Shown here: positions 1-12,510 of the stretch, piece after piece
How positions within the stretch are numbered: position 1 is the stretch's first letter
How the letters are laid out: each line of letters opens with the position of its first letter
NCBI RefSeq assembly: GCF_018977255.1
Contig: NW_024704742.1
Span: 59,026,001 to 59,090,000 of the forward strand
Reading direction: 5' to 3'
DNA length: 64,000 nt
Origin: Callorhinchus milii
Taxonomy: Eukaryota
The notes under the pieces: generated by a model
What the model saw: the letters and a program-made list of their open reading frames with translations, nothing else
Told to the model about the DNA's origin: nothing
The model's database searches: none
Position numbers and translations under genes: made by a program

Positions 1-39
1 GATTCCTGGAGTTGTCATTGACTGTGCCGTGTCTGATTA

Positions 40-250
40 TGAAGAAAAGGATCATGGAAATGACAGCACAGAGAGAGGCCATTTGGTCCATCTGCCCTGT
101 GCTGCTATTGGTTCCTCCACTGGGGCTATATTCCCCAATCCCAATTTTCCATTTTTTTCTTGTGACTAACTTATACTCTTCCTCCTCAAATACGTACCCA
201 GTGTGGAATGAGAAGTCATTTGGCGCATTAAGTGTTTTCTTTCAACACAT
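40..250 (-). mobile_element. Degenerate CR1-type LINE 3' end
   Basis: 'cagcacagagagaggccatttggtccatc' matches the reverse complement of the CR1 3' tail seen intact at 43630-43690. Confidence 0.55.
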
Positions 251-2006
251 AATGTGACATTGGCTTTAACACACTTTGATAATATACACTTACAATGGCA
301 TATTCCCAAAAAACAATACTCTGTGAATGCAGTGTATTTATTGGCTTGCAAGGCAATATGCAATGCAAAATTACAATGCAAAATTATATTTGTAAAGCGC
401 CTTTCACATCAGGAGGATGTCCCAAGATATCCCAATATAATACAATAAGCTTTCACATCAGGAGGGCTTCACCATCAGCAAGAACAACTTGCTTTACCAT
501 CAATGTCGTCCAACGTATTTGATTCCTTGAAGTATGGAAATATTATCCAAGAAAATGAAGCTTTATTACATTTCTCTCTCTGAGATCCCCAAGGTCATCT
601 AATTTACAATCTACATTTTCAGCCCTCACCACATGCATTCCATATATAAGACTGCCATATTCACAGCACTTAGAAGGCCCCTTGGCTCCTAAATGCCTAT
701 TCTCCGTCAATTGATGTCTGAACAGCTACTTCATACAATCTGTTGTTATTCAAACAAAACAGAAACTCAGCAGACTCTTTGCTCCAAGCTGGCTCTGACA
801 GTATCCACGCAGGGGCCAAGTTTATAGACTGGACAGTGAAAGTTGTTCACAATTGCCAGATGTCAACTGTATGCCAACAGGCACAAATTCAATGAAAATT
901 CACACACTTGTTCATGTTGTATTGACTGAGGCAGTATCAGTGCATTTAATCAAGTTGCATTTGGCACAACCACCACTGAAAGCTCTGAAGTATATTTGCA
1001 AGTGGTGTATTTGAAGTGAATTTGTTTTTTACATTTTACTCTAGAAGAGATAAGTGGGATTTCCATGTTGTGTAATTGCAGTGAAACGCTGGGAAAGATA
1101 TATAGGGTGCAGGTTCACCAGGCACTTCAGTGCAAGTAAAAGTATGTTGCTTTAATAGTTGTCTTTGATGCTGTTAAGCTATTGTCTTATTTGTTGGAAC
1201 TATTTCTGTTTTGCTTGCAGAATACACAGTCACTACACATACAATAGAGTTAAGCGTATGATAAAGCGCTTCACAGGATATAGTGCGAAAGACACTATAT
1301 CAAATACATGGATTATACTATTCTATTAATTTTTTTCTTTACCAATCAACGACAACAATTTACATGCCACTCAAAGACATAACCGATGCTTTGTGGCGGC
1401 TGTAAATGTTGCATTTAATACATTGTTGCAATCAGTAGCAGAAAACTATATTTTACACCCGCTTCTTTGCATGAGATTGTGAAAGAACATTTCAGAAAAT
1501 ATAATCTAGGCACAATGCATGGGAAGAAGGTGACAGATTATAAAGGACAAGAATGAGTTATCAGTGTGAAAGATTATTGGAATTAAACCCATTATTTAAG
1601 ATTATGCTCTTGCTGATTCATGGATTATAAACATCCTTAACATTTCAGTCTGTCTGAAAATTAAGGCAACCTGTTACTAATACAGCACTTAACATCCAAA
1701 CATTAAATTTAAATCAAACAAATTCAGTATTTAAAAATCGGCTGCAGTTTTTTTACTCCTGTAAGATGGAAGGCTTTTAGTTATCAATCTGTCAATGCAA
1801 GAATTAATAATATATTAACAACCCCTAAACTCAATGAAAATAAAAGCTGGTAGCCTTATTGAATGTGCCACTGTCTCTGTTGGCCTGAATGATGTGGCAA
1901 GTTATGATTCGGTTTTCTACTGCCCAAATAACATGATTGGAGGGGAGGAGTGAAATAAAATGTTGAAGACCTTTCATTTCATTTCAATCCGGTTACAGAT
2001 ACCTCA

Positions 2007-2355
2007 AACAAAAACAGAAGTTGCTGGGAACACTCAGCAGGTCAGGCAGGATCTATGGAGAAAGGAAAGTAAGGCAACGTTTCGGGTCCACGACCCTTCT
2101 TCAGAACTGGGGCATGTTGGGAGGGAGAGGCTTTTTTAAGGGCTAACAGAGAGGGGGCAGGCAGGGCAAGGAAGACAACAGAGAAAATGGGGTAGAGGAT
2201 GGGTGATGATGGGTTAAAGATGTGTTAATAATGCAAAACAAAGTGGGGGATTGCAACAAAGCAGGGGAATGGAGGTGTTATTAATGCAAAACAAATTGTT
2301 CCCAGCAACTTCTGTTTTTGTTTCAGATTTCCAGCATCTGTAGTATTTTGCTTTT
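2007..2355. mobile_element. Penelope-like non-autonomous element with inverted terminal segment, hammerhead core and 16-bp TSD
   Basis: GGTTACAGATACCTCA flanks both sides (1991-2006, 2356-2371); 'aaacaaaaacagaagttgctgggaac' recurs inverted at ~2297-2324; hammerhead-like core at 2072-2108 on the minus strand. Confidence 0.8.
2072..2108 (-). ncRNA. Minimal type-I hammerhead ribozyme motif
   Basis: Minus-strand RNA AGUU-CUGAAGA-A-GGGUC-GUG-GACCC-GAAA-C-GUU-GCCU. Confidence 0.65.
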
Positions 2356-2404
2356 GGTTACAGATACCTCATGACTATTATCCTCCAAACCTCACGCCAT
2401 TATT

Positions 2405-2682
2405 CAGTTCCCGGAGCATAGTGGTTAGTACACTCTCCTCACAAGCAAGAGGACCCGGGTTTGATTCCAGGGCAGGGAAAAACCATAGGCAAGTTTCCTT
2501 ACTCCACACATCTCTGTTTATCTAGCAGTAAGTAAGAACCAGGTTGTCAGTTGATTGGCAGATCTCTTTCCTTGTGTAATAATCCCTCCAAAAAAATAAA
2601 AAATTGGTTAATCAATCCACGACTGTTTGTGGGACGCTGCTGCGTGCAGTTGCTACCGTCTTTCACTCACAAAATATACAGT
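2405..2682 (+). mobile_element. tRNA-derived SINE, old long subfamily, 3' truncated
   Basis: Degenerate A/B boxes, 'ggcaagtttccttactccacac' body, 'gactgtttgtgggacgctgc' core. Confidence 0.85.
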
Positions 2683-3719
2683 GCCAGTGCACAAATCCAG
2701 CCTAGGATACGGCTCCATAGGCATCAATTGCTGTCCAATGCTCTGCCCACAACACTAGAGTGCATGAACGGAGACTCTTTAATCATTAAAGAGGGGGGGG
2801 GAGAGGGGGCTAGATGGATGTCAAAGGCTGAATTATACAATAATGTGAACATGCTGGATGGACCTTAACAAAAACAAAACATCTCAAATTGCTTTACAAT
2901 AATTATTATTAAGGAAAGTGACTGAGTATTTGTAGGTGAATGTGGCAGTAATGGCAATGTCTCACAACCACCAAGAGGTGAACTTCCAAGTACAATACTG
3001 GAGTCACTGAAGCTACAAATATTACCAGAGACATTTGAACAGTGCAGGCCAATAGATTTCTCCCAAAATAACTGCAGACACACATAAAGTCAAAACATCC
3101 TTGCCAAGTCCTTCTGGACTGCAGGCTGTAAACCTACACAACCTCCCTCTTACTTGGCAGAAAAATGGCAGTGAGAAGATGCTAGGGAGGGGAGCTCCAA
3201 GCAGCAGGTCTTGGATTGAAAACCAGCAGTGTAATGCAAGAAAACAAGGTGCAAACAGCAGATACATCCATTGGATTGAACAAATAAATCATGTGAAACC
3301 ACTGAGAGTCAGATTGGCTTGATTCATGATGAACAAGCCTTCATCAGCAAGCAAACAGTCAGATATTTCTTTATCGCAGCTTGTCTTTCAATGTGTCAGA
3401 TGTTTTATCAAATACAGATTAAATAGGATTCATGCACCGTGAATACAGTAATTGTTTGCTTTGGAAAAAAAATGAAATGGAACAATAGAATTGGCTTCAA
3501 CTTCGAAGAGAAAGTAGAGCATATCTTCTGCTTTATTTTTCTGGTGCCGAGTATGATGCAATACGACTGTAGCAATGTGGGCAGCAGACAGTGACAAGAT
3601 TATATAGATGTTAGCTATGTCAATATCACACATGCCACTTGACTATTTTAGAAGCCACCCCACCGGATGACTGTAAATATAGTGAGGTTAAGAGGACAGG
3701 TGGTTTCAACGTTCAGCAG

Positions 3720-3915
3720 GAGGGGGATAAACAAGTCACGCACTTCCTTCTTTCACTCTGCGGCTGGCAGAGATTAACAGAAAAATCCACTGCTGCTGAC
3801 TTGTCATAATTACTTTGATTATTGTGATTTATGCTTCTCATGGTGGGGGGGAAGATTACTGTGATTATAAAGCTTTTTACATATGATTAAGGGGAAATAA
3901 GAGTGATTTACAACC
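3720..3915. promoter_or_regulatory. Candidate enhancer with a cluster of Pbx-Hox-like TGATT(T/A)A sites
   Basis: Repeat-free; TGATTTAT, TGATTTAC, TGATTATA, TGATTAAG within ~110 bp. Confidence 0.35.
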
Positions 3916-5569
3916 GGATAAAAAAACATAAACCGGATGGTTTCGTTTCTGTCGTGTCTTAAACATTGTAATAATAATAATCCTTGCATTTGATATAGCC
4001 CTTATCACGTCTTCGAAACATCTCAAAGCACTTCACAGAATACACTGTAAAGTGGAGTGACTGTATATTTTGTGGGTGAAGCATTGTCACAAGATCACAA
4101 GAGATGCTGAAATGAAAAAGCTCTTTGGTTCATTTTTCCTTATCCTTCCATAATACAAGCCCGACTCTCTTACTAATACAACTTCAAGCCATTTTTTAAC
4201 TGAATTCAATATCCTGGACTGAACCCCTCTTCGTGGCAACCCTTTCCAGCAGTTTTTTTACAAAACAACAACTTGCATTTGTATAGTGCCCTTCACACGG
4301 GGCAGTGTCTAGGAATACTTAACAGTGGCAGAAACTTATGCCAAGCTGGGGGAAGGGAGGAGGTGACTGTAAGCACTATCGAACCCATGAATGAAGAACG
4401 ATATTCTGGTGCAGTACTTGCCTTTAAATTGTTCTTCATAACCCTGGGCTAGTGCTGTTTTTCAGCAATTAAGCATTTTGGAACTTTCTGATCAGGCATC
4501 CTTGTGTTTTCTTCACCATTATGATTGCTCAGGGTTCCCATTCCATGTGATTGGAAATTGAATAATTTATACATAATAAATAAATATTGGAGCCAATTTT
4601 ACACTCAGCAATATCCCACAAACAGCCATGAAGTGAATGATATTTTTTCTCTGAGGGATTGTTGGCCAGGACAACTGAAGAGACTCCCTTCCCTTTTCGA
4701 ATAGTGCCATGGGATCTTTAATGAACGTCTGAACAGCCAAATGGGGCCTCAGCTCCTAGGAACGATGGCAGTCCCAGATTACAGTGCAACCTATACTGTA
4801 CAATGGCATTATTGAAAAAGAGAATGGAGTACCAGATAAAATTAATCATTCACTTTATCGTTGTTTGTGGGACATTTGCATGCAAATTAGCTTTTGCATT
4901 TATACTCCATTTGCATTTATTGCTCCATTTCACAATGAATCCTGAGAAACACTTTGAGTCGTCGTCCTAAAGTGAAAGGTGTTATATCAAATGAAAAAAA
5001 TATTTATTACGTATTTATAACACCTGTACTTTATAGTAAGTACAGATGAGGGCAAGTAAATCTGGTTAAATAAAGGAACAAATTGCTAATTAAGTAAAGG
5101 AATACATTTGCGGTGTTTCTTAATGCCTGACTCTTGTGCTGCTTAACACAAGGAATGAATTAACAAACATTGCAACTTTTATCGCATAATGTCTGTGTGT
5201 CTGTATTTATAATGAATAATAATAATCCTTACAATTAGTATAGTGCCTTTCACTTCAGGAGGATGTCTCAAAGCACTTCATGGTACAGGTGTAAAGTGTA
5301 GTGCCATTGCGGGGTGCCATCACTCCCTGGCAGCTCCCTACCTCTCCAACCTCCTTACTCCCTGATATAGTTTTCTTGCTTTTTAACCTCCCCCACCGCC
5401 CCACCCCCAAATATCTGATACTTTCATTTCTTGCTTGGCTAAAATCAGTCAAGGTCAGGGATTAATCCAAATATCTAACCTGATGCCCAGCTCAGACTGT
5501 GTGAGATCCACATAAGCACCTGCTGTCGATGGCTGCTTTGGAATCAGCCTTATACACAAAATGAAAAGG

Positions 5570-5870
5570 GGTGGATATCATTAGATATCATGTCAAAAAA
5601 AGAAAAAAAATGTATCAAGTAGATGAAGTCTGCAAAAAGTGCTCACTGTCAGCGGCTTAGCCTCTTCTCCCTTTGTGCTGTCATGGCTTCCAATCAACCA
5701 GTGACAGCCACTGAACAAACAGATTGTTTATTGACCTGTCTCCGGAGGGATTGAGTAACAAGGTCTGTTGATTAGATGAGCCTGTCCACAAACTTGACTT
5801 TGCATATCCCCTCATCAGGGTATGGAAGCCCTGAGAAAAAAATATTGAGCCTGTCAAACCTTTATCATCC
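5570..5870. promoter_or_regulatory. Candidate conserved non-coding element (Meis/Pbx motif cluster)
   Basis: Repeat-free; multiple CTGTCA/TGACAG, plus AATCAA and TGATTAG motifs. Confidence 0.4.
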
Positions 5871-6384
5871 CTGGTCTTGTATCTTGCTCTCTCTGACAGT
5901 CTCAGACGTGCCTTTTCTCCAGAGTTGAAAAGGAAACCTGATCATCTAATTTTTTTTCTCGTATTTCGCTCAAACTCAATCTCCTTTTTCTTCGTTTGCA
6001 CAATATGCTTCATTTGCAAACTGTGTGCACAATGTCTGCCGTGTCCGCTTGTAAATACAATCACTGGAAACTTTGCAAAGGGCCTGGGGTTATTCACAAT
6101 GTTAAAGGCATTTTAGCAAGTGCATGGATGATTATTATTGAAGCGTTTTAAGACATCCTCCTTATGTGAAAGCCACCATATAAATGTAAATCGTCTGACT
6201 TCCCCTCTTTCTGTGTCTCCACTTCTTTTTGTTTTGATAACTGAGTTATTGTTTCTTTGGGGAGCAAAATGCTGTGTTTCATAACTGCTGTGATAATTGT
6301 CACACCAAGCTTGATATGAAGTATCAAAATTTCAGGCAATAATTAACAAGCAGTCTCAGGTGTGAAGCCAACCCACCGTCGACA

Positions 6385-6710
6385 ATAGACCTGGGTTTGA
6401 TTCCCGGCAGAACAAAACATTGTGCAAGTTTCCTTACTCCACATGCCTCTGTTTACCTAGCAGTACGTAGGATCCCAGTTGTTAGTCCATTGGTGAATCG
6501 CATTTCCGGGGTAATAAATCCATAAAAAAGATAATAAATTGGTCACTTCAATCCATGATTGTTTGTGGGACACTGCTGTGCACAATTGGCTGCTGTGTTT
6601 CGCCCACAAAATATACAGTCAATTCACTTTACAGTATATTCTGTGAAGCGCTTTGAGACGTGCCAAAGATGTGATAAGGTGCTAAATCAAATGCAAGGAT
6701 TATTATTATT
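6385..6710 (+). mobile_element. tRNA-derived SINE, long subfamily, 5' truncated
   Basis: B box remnant, family body, 'atcaaatgcaaggattattattatt' tail. Confidence 0.9.
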
Positions 6711-7389
6711 ATCGAAACATCTTACAGAGCTTCCTTACAGGGATTTTACTGTAACGTGTAGTGAATGTAGGCCAAAATCAATTGGAGTCAGATCAATATT
6801 CTATGAAAAGCCCAGCTTCACAGATACTTTGGATCTGACCATTGTGCAGTATTTCTACCCAAAACCAATCAATGATTGTCATGTCAAATTCCATTTTTCC
6901 TAAACGTCTAAATCTGTGATGAAGTGTTGCACTATTTCTTATTTTAACGATTAATTTTCCACCCTCATTTGATTCTATTTCTTTTTATAATTATTCTTTT
7001 CTCCATTCATTTCTGCAAATTTTTTTCCTTTTCCCGTCCCCAGTTTTCTCCCCTGTATTCTGATGGCAGTGAATTGTGCCACTCACTGTTATAATTTTAT
7101 AAAAATTGCTGCTTCTCCCAGATCACGCCAAAGGTGAAATGGAGGGCACAAGGTATAATCAGGAGGCTGGAGCCAGAGGAGCGGAGGCAACAGGTAATGG
7201 GTTGGGGAGAAAGCAGGTTGGATATGTAGGGAGTCCCCTCCAGTCTGAATGAAGGAAAAAAATCAGCAAAATTTTTTTCCATAAAAATCTCAATTTATTT
7301 TGAATGAGGAAAAAAGCAAATAAGGTTGTGAGAAAGGCCTCCATTGTATTGTTGGGATTTAAATTCTCTTCGGTAATTTTTTTTAACAG

Positions 7390-7730
7390 TTTGTGAGAAG
7401 CCTGTTGTCAGTGAAATGATGTGCATCAAGGTGCACAGTCCCTATCAAATTATTCCAAATGTTCATTGTCAGCCCTGATATAAACCCTGTGGGCTGATAA
7501 ACTATATGTGACAATAACAGATAATTAAACTGCAAAAGATGTCAGCCGGGCAGATTAGCCTGACACTATGCTTTGATAGTGATACTGCTTCGGGTGACTA
7601 TCACTGTCCCATCCACTTCTCAAAAAGCATGTTCACATATGTTGCTGATCATAATATTACGATAATGTTGGAGAAAGAAAATTAATCAGAAACAGTTAAC
7701 TTGTCAGAAAGTAGATAGCGATGATTTTTC
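7390..7730. promoter_or_regulatory. Candidate conserved non-coding element
   Basis: Repeat-free; about six TGTCA/TGACA sites, several GATA/TGATA sites and TAATTA homeodomain sites. Confidence 0.4.
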
Positions 7731-7809
7731 TTTTTAAAACAGAATTAGTTTGATCTAATTATTAATAAGGATGAACACAATCGGGCAACTGAACGCTGTA
7801 TTAACAAAT

Positions 7810-8252
7810 TACATTACATAGAATTACATAGAACATTACATCACAGAGAGAGGCCATACTTCCTACAACAACAACTTGCACCTAGGTAGCGCCCTCCACG
7901 CAGGGTAGCTTCTCAAAGCGCTTACGCTAACTAATCCATGGCAGTGTTTATACTTCACATGAGCCTCCACCCGTTTTATTCCCCTTCCTTAAATCCCTCT
8001 GTCTCATTCTCCTTTATGGAGCTATCACATTTCCTCTTAAATACTTTGATGCTTTCTGCTTCAAGCATAGCTTCCAGCAGTGAGTTTCACATTCTCACCA
8101 CCCTCTATGTGAAGAACTTCATTCCAAACTCTTTTTAATCTACTCCTAGCTATCATATCTATGCCCCTCTTTTTGAACTCATCATGGTATGGAAATAACT
8201 TATTAATATCTATCTTGTCAAACCTTTTCATAATCTTAAGCATCTCTATCAA
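7810..8252 (-). mobile_element. Old CR1 LINE 3' fragment interrupted by a short L2 tail (~7862-7925)
   Basis: Minus ORF LIEMLKIMKRFDKIDINKLFP, typical CR1 ORF2 C-terminus; 'catagaattacatagaa' tail. Confidence 0.8.
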
Positions 8253-8789
8253 ATACAGTGGCAATGTTTTTGATAGTTTAAGTGCATGAAGTAAGACCTA
8301 CTCTACTCACAGATATATTAGTTAATCCTAGGCACATAGCAGTGACTCACATTTGTTCAGCAAACAAAGTTGAGCTCATAGTCCAGGCTGATAATTCAAT
8401 GCAGAACTAGGGGAGTAAGATGAGATTCATGGCCAAGAGATCACGACTGTTTGTGGGATACTGCTGTGTGCAATTGGTTGCCAAGTTTTGCCCACAAAAT
8501 ACACAGTCAATTCACTTATATTCTGTGAAGGGTTTTGTGATGTTTCAACGATGTGATGAGGCCCTATATCAAATGCAAGGATTGTTATTATTCTTATCAT
8601 TTGTTCATAGCTGTTTGAGGGATTTCACTGTGTGTAAATTTGGTTGCTACATGTGCCTAAAAATACAGACTACACTCGATAGCAATTAACCAGTGAAGCA
8701 CTTTTGAGATGTTTCAACATTAAACAATAAATTTCACATGTGAAGGTTATCATAAAATGGTCGCACTTAATTTTCACAGGAATGAGGCT

Positions 8790-9012
8790 TTTACACACAC
8801 TCTTACCCACACATATGCATTCTCTCACACATACCCTCACAGAGACACACACCTTCAAACACACTTGCATGCTCACTCTGATATATACAAACTGACAGAG
8901 AGATACACATACACACAGACCTTATACTGACAAACACACACACGCAGGTACCTAACAACTGCACGCACGCCACGCACTCATAAGCACAAACACTCACCCA
9001 CATCTGCACACA
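8790..9012. repeat. Degenerate (CA)n-rich low-complexity tract
   Basis: Interrupted acacac/cacgca runs. Confidence 0.85.
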
Positions 9013-9949
9013 ATGCTATTCAATAAAGCTGTGAATTCACCACACTGTTTGCCAAGTCCCAAAACAAGATGTGTCCAAGTAAAACTGTAATTAAAGACAG
9101 TGAAGTTCAATTTGTAAGATTTGGAAAAGGAGTTGTAAATAATAAATCCTGATGAGGTTATGGCTGACCCTCTGTAAGCTGGCAAGACCCTGACCTCAGT
9201 CTCCACTTCCGTCTCATGTCTTGCATCTGACTGGAGTTCCAAAGGGTCAGCCTCGACACATCTGGGATTTGCTAGGTACAAATCCTTTCACAAATCTCTC
9301 AAATTAGACCCGAGTGACTTTTGAAAAGTTAAATCCTTTTTTTTCTTTCAATGAAAGCTAAACAATAATAAGGGAAATGTCACTTAACAAATTATCAGGC
9401 TTTGGCTCTACTCAAGAGGTCAAGCATATTGCAAAGCAGCCTCTTCTGTTATATTGCTCCAAATCAGGCCTTATTTTCTGAAGTAATTGGTCCAGGGCAG
9501 GTCCACATGGTCTCATATCAACCCAGATACATTGATCACAGGAAAAGTACTTCCTGCTGTCTGTCTCCAGCTTTCTCTGTATGGATATCCTTCGCCTATT
9601 TTGAAACTGATTCCTGAGATAACTGATTTGTGTTGATAATACAAATATTTCCTCTATTAACTTTTTCTCCTTTTTTNGTAAAAAAAAGTTCTTTAGATTA
9701 ATATAACAACTTGCATGTAGATAGCACCTTTAACATGGAATAGCCTCTTAAAGAGCTTAACAGTAGCAAAGGTTGACGCTCAGCCTGGGAGAGAGGATAT
9801 GTGTCTGCAGAAACGGTTGAAGAGGAAGGTTTTCAGGTGCGATCTGATGATAGGCAAGGAGGGAGGAAGGCAGAAGCAATAAGCAGAGAGTTCCAGGGTT
9901 CAGGAAGTTCAGGGCCTTTCACACCTAAAGTACATTTCAAAGTACCTCA

Positions 9950-10520
9950 CAGAGCTGATAGAAAGACATAGCTGAGGCTAGACACGCCTGGAGGTCGAGC
10001 TAAACTTCTTTCTATTTTTGAGTGCCATGCAATCTTTAACAACCACCTGAATAGGCAAATAGGACCTTGGTTTAAAGTCTCATCTAAAGGACTCCAACAA
10101 TGCAGCACTCCTCCAGCGCTGCACTGGGGTGTCAACCGAGACCAGTGGTGGTCAACGTATGATCCATGAGGCCATCAAGTAGTAGCTCCCCGAATAGTCA
10201 CACATGACTAGGTAAGTCCGTGAATGATCAGTGGTGTGTTTCAGTTTTTTCTGTATTGAATATTTTGCTGATTTATAGCATAAATCAAGAAATATTCAAT
10301 CAAGAATATTTATTTTGTTAGCCGACTATAAAGGACTCCAACAATGCAGCACTCCCCCAGCACTGCACTGGGGTGTCACGCGAGACCAGTGGTGGTCAAC
10401 CTATGGCCCACTAGGCCATCAAGTAGTGGGTAGTCATATACCCAACCTTGAGTATATGAGTTTCAAATCTCGACGTGGGGCTTAAACCCATTAACTTCTG
10501 ACTCAGGAGCGGGAGAGCTA
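9950..10520 (-). mobile_element. Deu-domain tRNA SINE, interrupted and partly duplicated
   Basis: Deu core 'gtgccatgcaatctttaac...ccttggtttaaagtctcatc'; tRNA head at 10470-10520. Confidence 0.75.
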
Positions 10521-11154
10521 CGCATTGAGCCAGACTGGGCCAATTTATGATTATTTTACTGAAGAGATTGCTTGGAAATCTACTGCTGATGGCTATAATT
10601 GGGAAGGTTTGTCAACAGAATCAATGTTCTCACTCCTTTTGAATCCCTAGTTGGCTTTTGTTTTACCTTTGATAGTCCCTGTCATCATGAAAAAAACATT
10701 GGGAAAACTTTAGTTTTGAGGAAAGAACTGAGCTAGAAAAACAAGTTGTCATTGCATTCAACATGAATGAGTTGATTTTGATGTTTGGTGTGATTTAATT
10801 CATTGTGTTGTATATTTGTAAATAAAGGGAAAATGTTTAGCAAATACTTTTTCAAAAGTCAAGGCCTTTTTGGCTCAGGAGCTGAAGCTCTCAATTGAGC
10901 TTAGGGAATACCTCTGAGATGGATCTCAATCAAGATTAAATACTGCGTAACACACCAAATAACTTAAGTTACATAAGTAATTTATCAAAACAGCTACAAA
11001 AGCTCAAATAAATTGGATTGTGTACAAGTACAAGAGTTGTAGAAAGCTCATCTGCTAACCTGGCATGTGAACTGTATATTCTGGGACTCTAATTGGATTC
11101 AGAAAAGTTTTTGCTTAAAGAGAAAGAAAAAGGCAAATAATCTAACTTGACTTT

Positions 11155-11460
11155 AACAATAATAATCCTTGCATTTGATATCACATTGCTGAATGTCTCA
11201 AAGTGCTTCATAGGATTTCACCATAAAGTGCAGTGACTGTATTTGTAGGTGAATATAGCAACCAATTTGCTCACTGCAATGCCCCACAAGCAGTCATGAA
11301 GAGACCGATTTTATTTGGAGGATTGTTGGACAAGGCACCAGAAGAAACTCTATTCTTGAATAATGCCATAGGATCTTGCATGTCCACCTGAACAAGCAGA
11401 TTGGACCTCGATTGAACATTTCAACTGAAGGATGGGTCCTCCAACAATGCAACATTGAAT
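11155..11460 (-). mobile_element. Deu-domain SINE (tail plus core)
   Basis: 'aataatccttgcatttgatat' tail; 'atgccataggatcttgcatgtccacctgaac' core. Confidence 0.8.
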
Positions 11461-12319
11461 TGGAATGTTTATTACTATTTATTTTTTTAATAAGGCGACT
11501 AACAAGCCATCTATTAATATATGACCTGATAAGATACATTTTAAAAATATCAAAACCAATTTTGAACCCACGACATTCATCCCAGGAATCATTACATTTT
11601 GATAAACAGCTGAAATCGTTACATTTTGTTTAGATAAACAACACATTTTCCTCTTGGCAAAGGAAATGGTCCAATTCAACCAACTGTTCACTACTATTGC
11701 GCTGCTTCCAAAGGCATTTTTGTTTCCTCCGGTGATATGTGAATGTACAGGTTTGCAAGCTGGAAACTCCTTTCTTCTTGATGACCTGATAATGCGTAAT
11801 ATTAAATGCTAGGATTATTTTTCTTATTCTGTAGTTTGAGGTCATCAACCGTGTCTTTGAAAAAAACAATACACAAACCAATCTTTTTGAAAAAAAGTTT
11901 TTTTCCTCCTCAGTTTCAAGAATGGAATCAAATTTCTTATGTTAAAATCCCAATATACAATATAATTTGATATTCTTTCGGCTACCATTTTTGATTTTTC
12001 TTGGCTAATGGCATCATTACAGGAAAAGCTTGGGTCATTACTGATCACGAAGTGCAATAGTATTGGTCCCCTAGTCTCCCTACAGGATGACTAAATGCCT
12101 TTAAAATGATGGAAGTTAAATCTATCTAACACAACAATTTTTTTACTTCATTTGGCCTTTCCTAAAGTCTGAATTATTCATACATATTAAAAAAAGCAGG
12201 CAAACCCATATGTCATTAATTAAAAGAAAATTAGCTACAGCTTCAATTTAGCAACAAAGAAATGAGATTTATTTAAGAAGTTAAACTCTACTTTTAGAAG
12301 ATGTGCAGATTTAATTCCT

Positions 12320-12510
12320 CCCTCATATTCAAGGTCCCTCTTAAGACGAACCTCTTTGACCGTGATTTTGGTCATCTTTCCCTTTCCCAACCTCTTCGTT
12401 CTCACCCTCCTTGGCTCCCATCCCCAACTTGTGTACCCAGCCAGCAGTGTCATGCACTTTGGGATGTCCTCCCAAAATGCGAGGTGCTACATGATTTCAA
12501 ATTTGTGTTG
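12320..12510 (+). mobile_element. L2 LINE 3' end fragment
   Basis: 'cttaagacgaacctctttgaccgtg' and 'ctttgggatgtcctccc' match the L2 3' UTR at 36500-36690. Confidence 0.7.

Noticed and set aside
884..1024. Inverted similarity caaattca...cacttg / caagtg...tgaatttg
   Set aside because: Short and gapped in AT-rich DNA; cannot be distinguished from chance by eye
8670..9009. Cys/Val-rich ORFs
   Set aside because: Translation artefacts of the (TG)n-like tract
11630..11790. Possible minus-strand exon after 'attatcag'
   Set aside because: Weak pyrimidine tract, no good donor, no recognisable peptide in any frame
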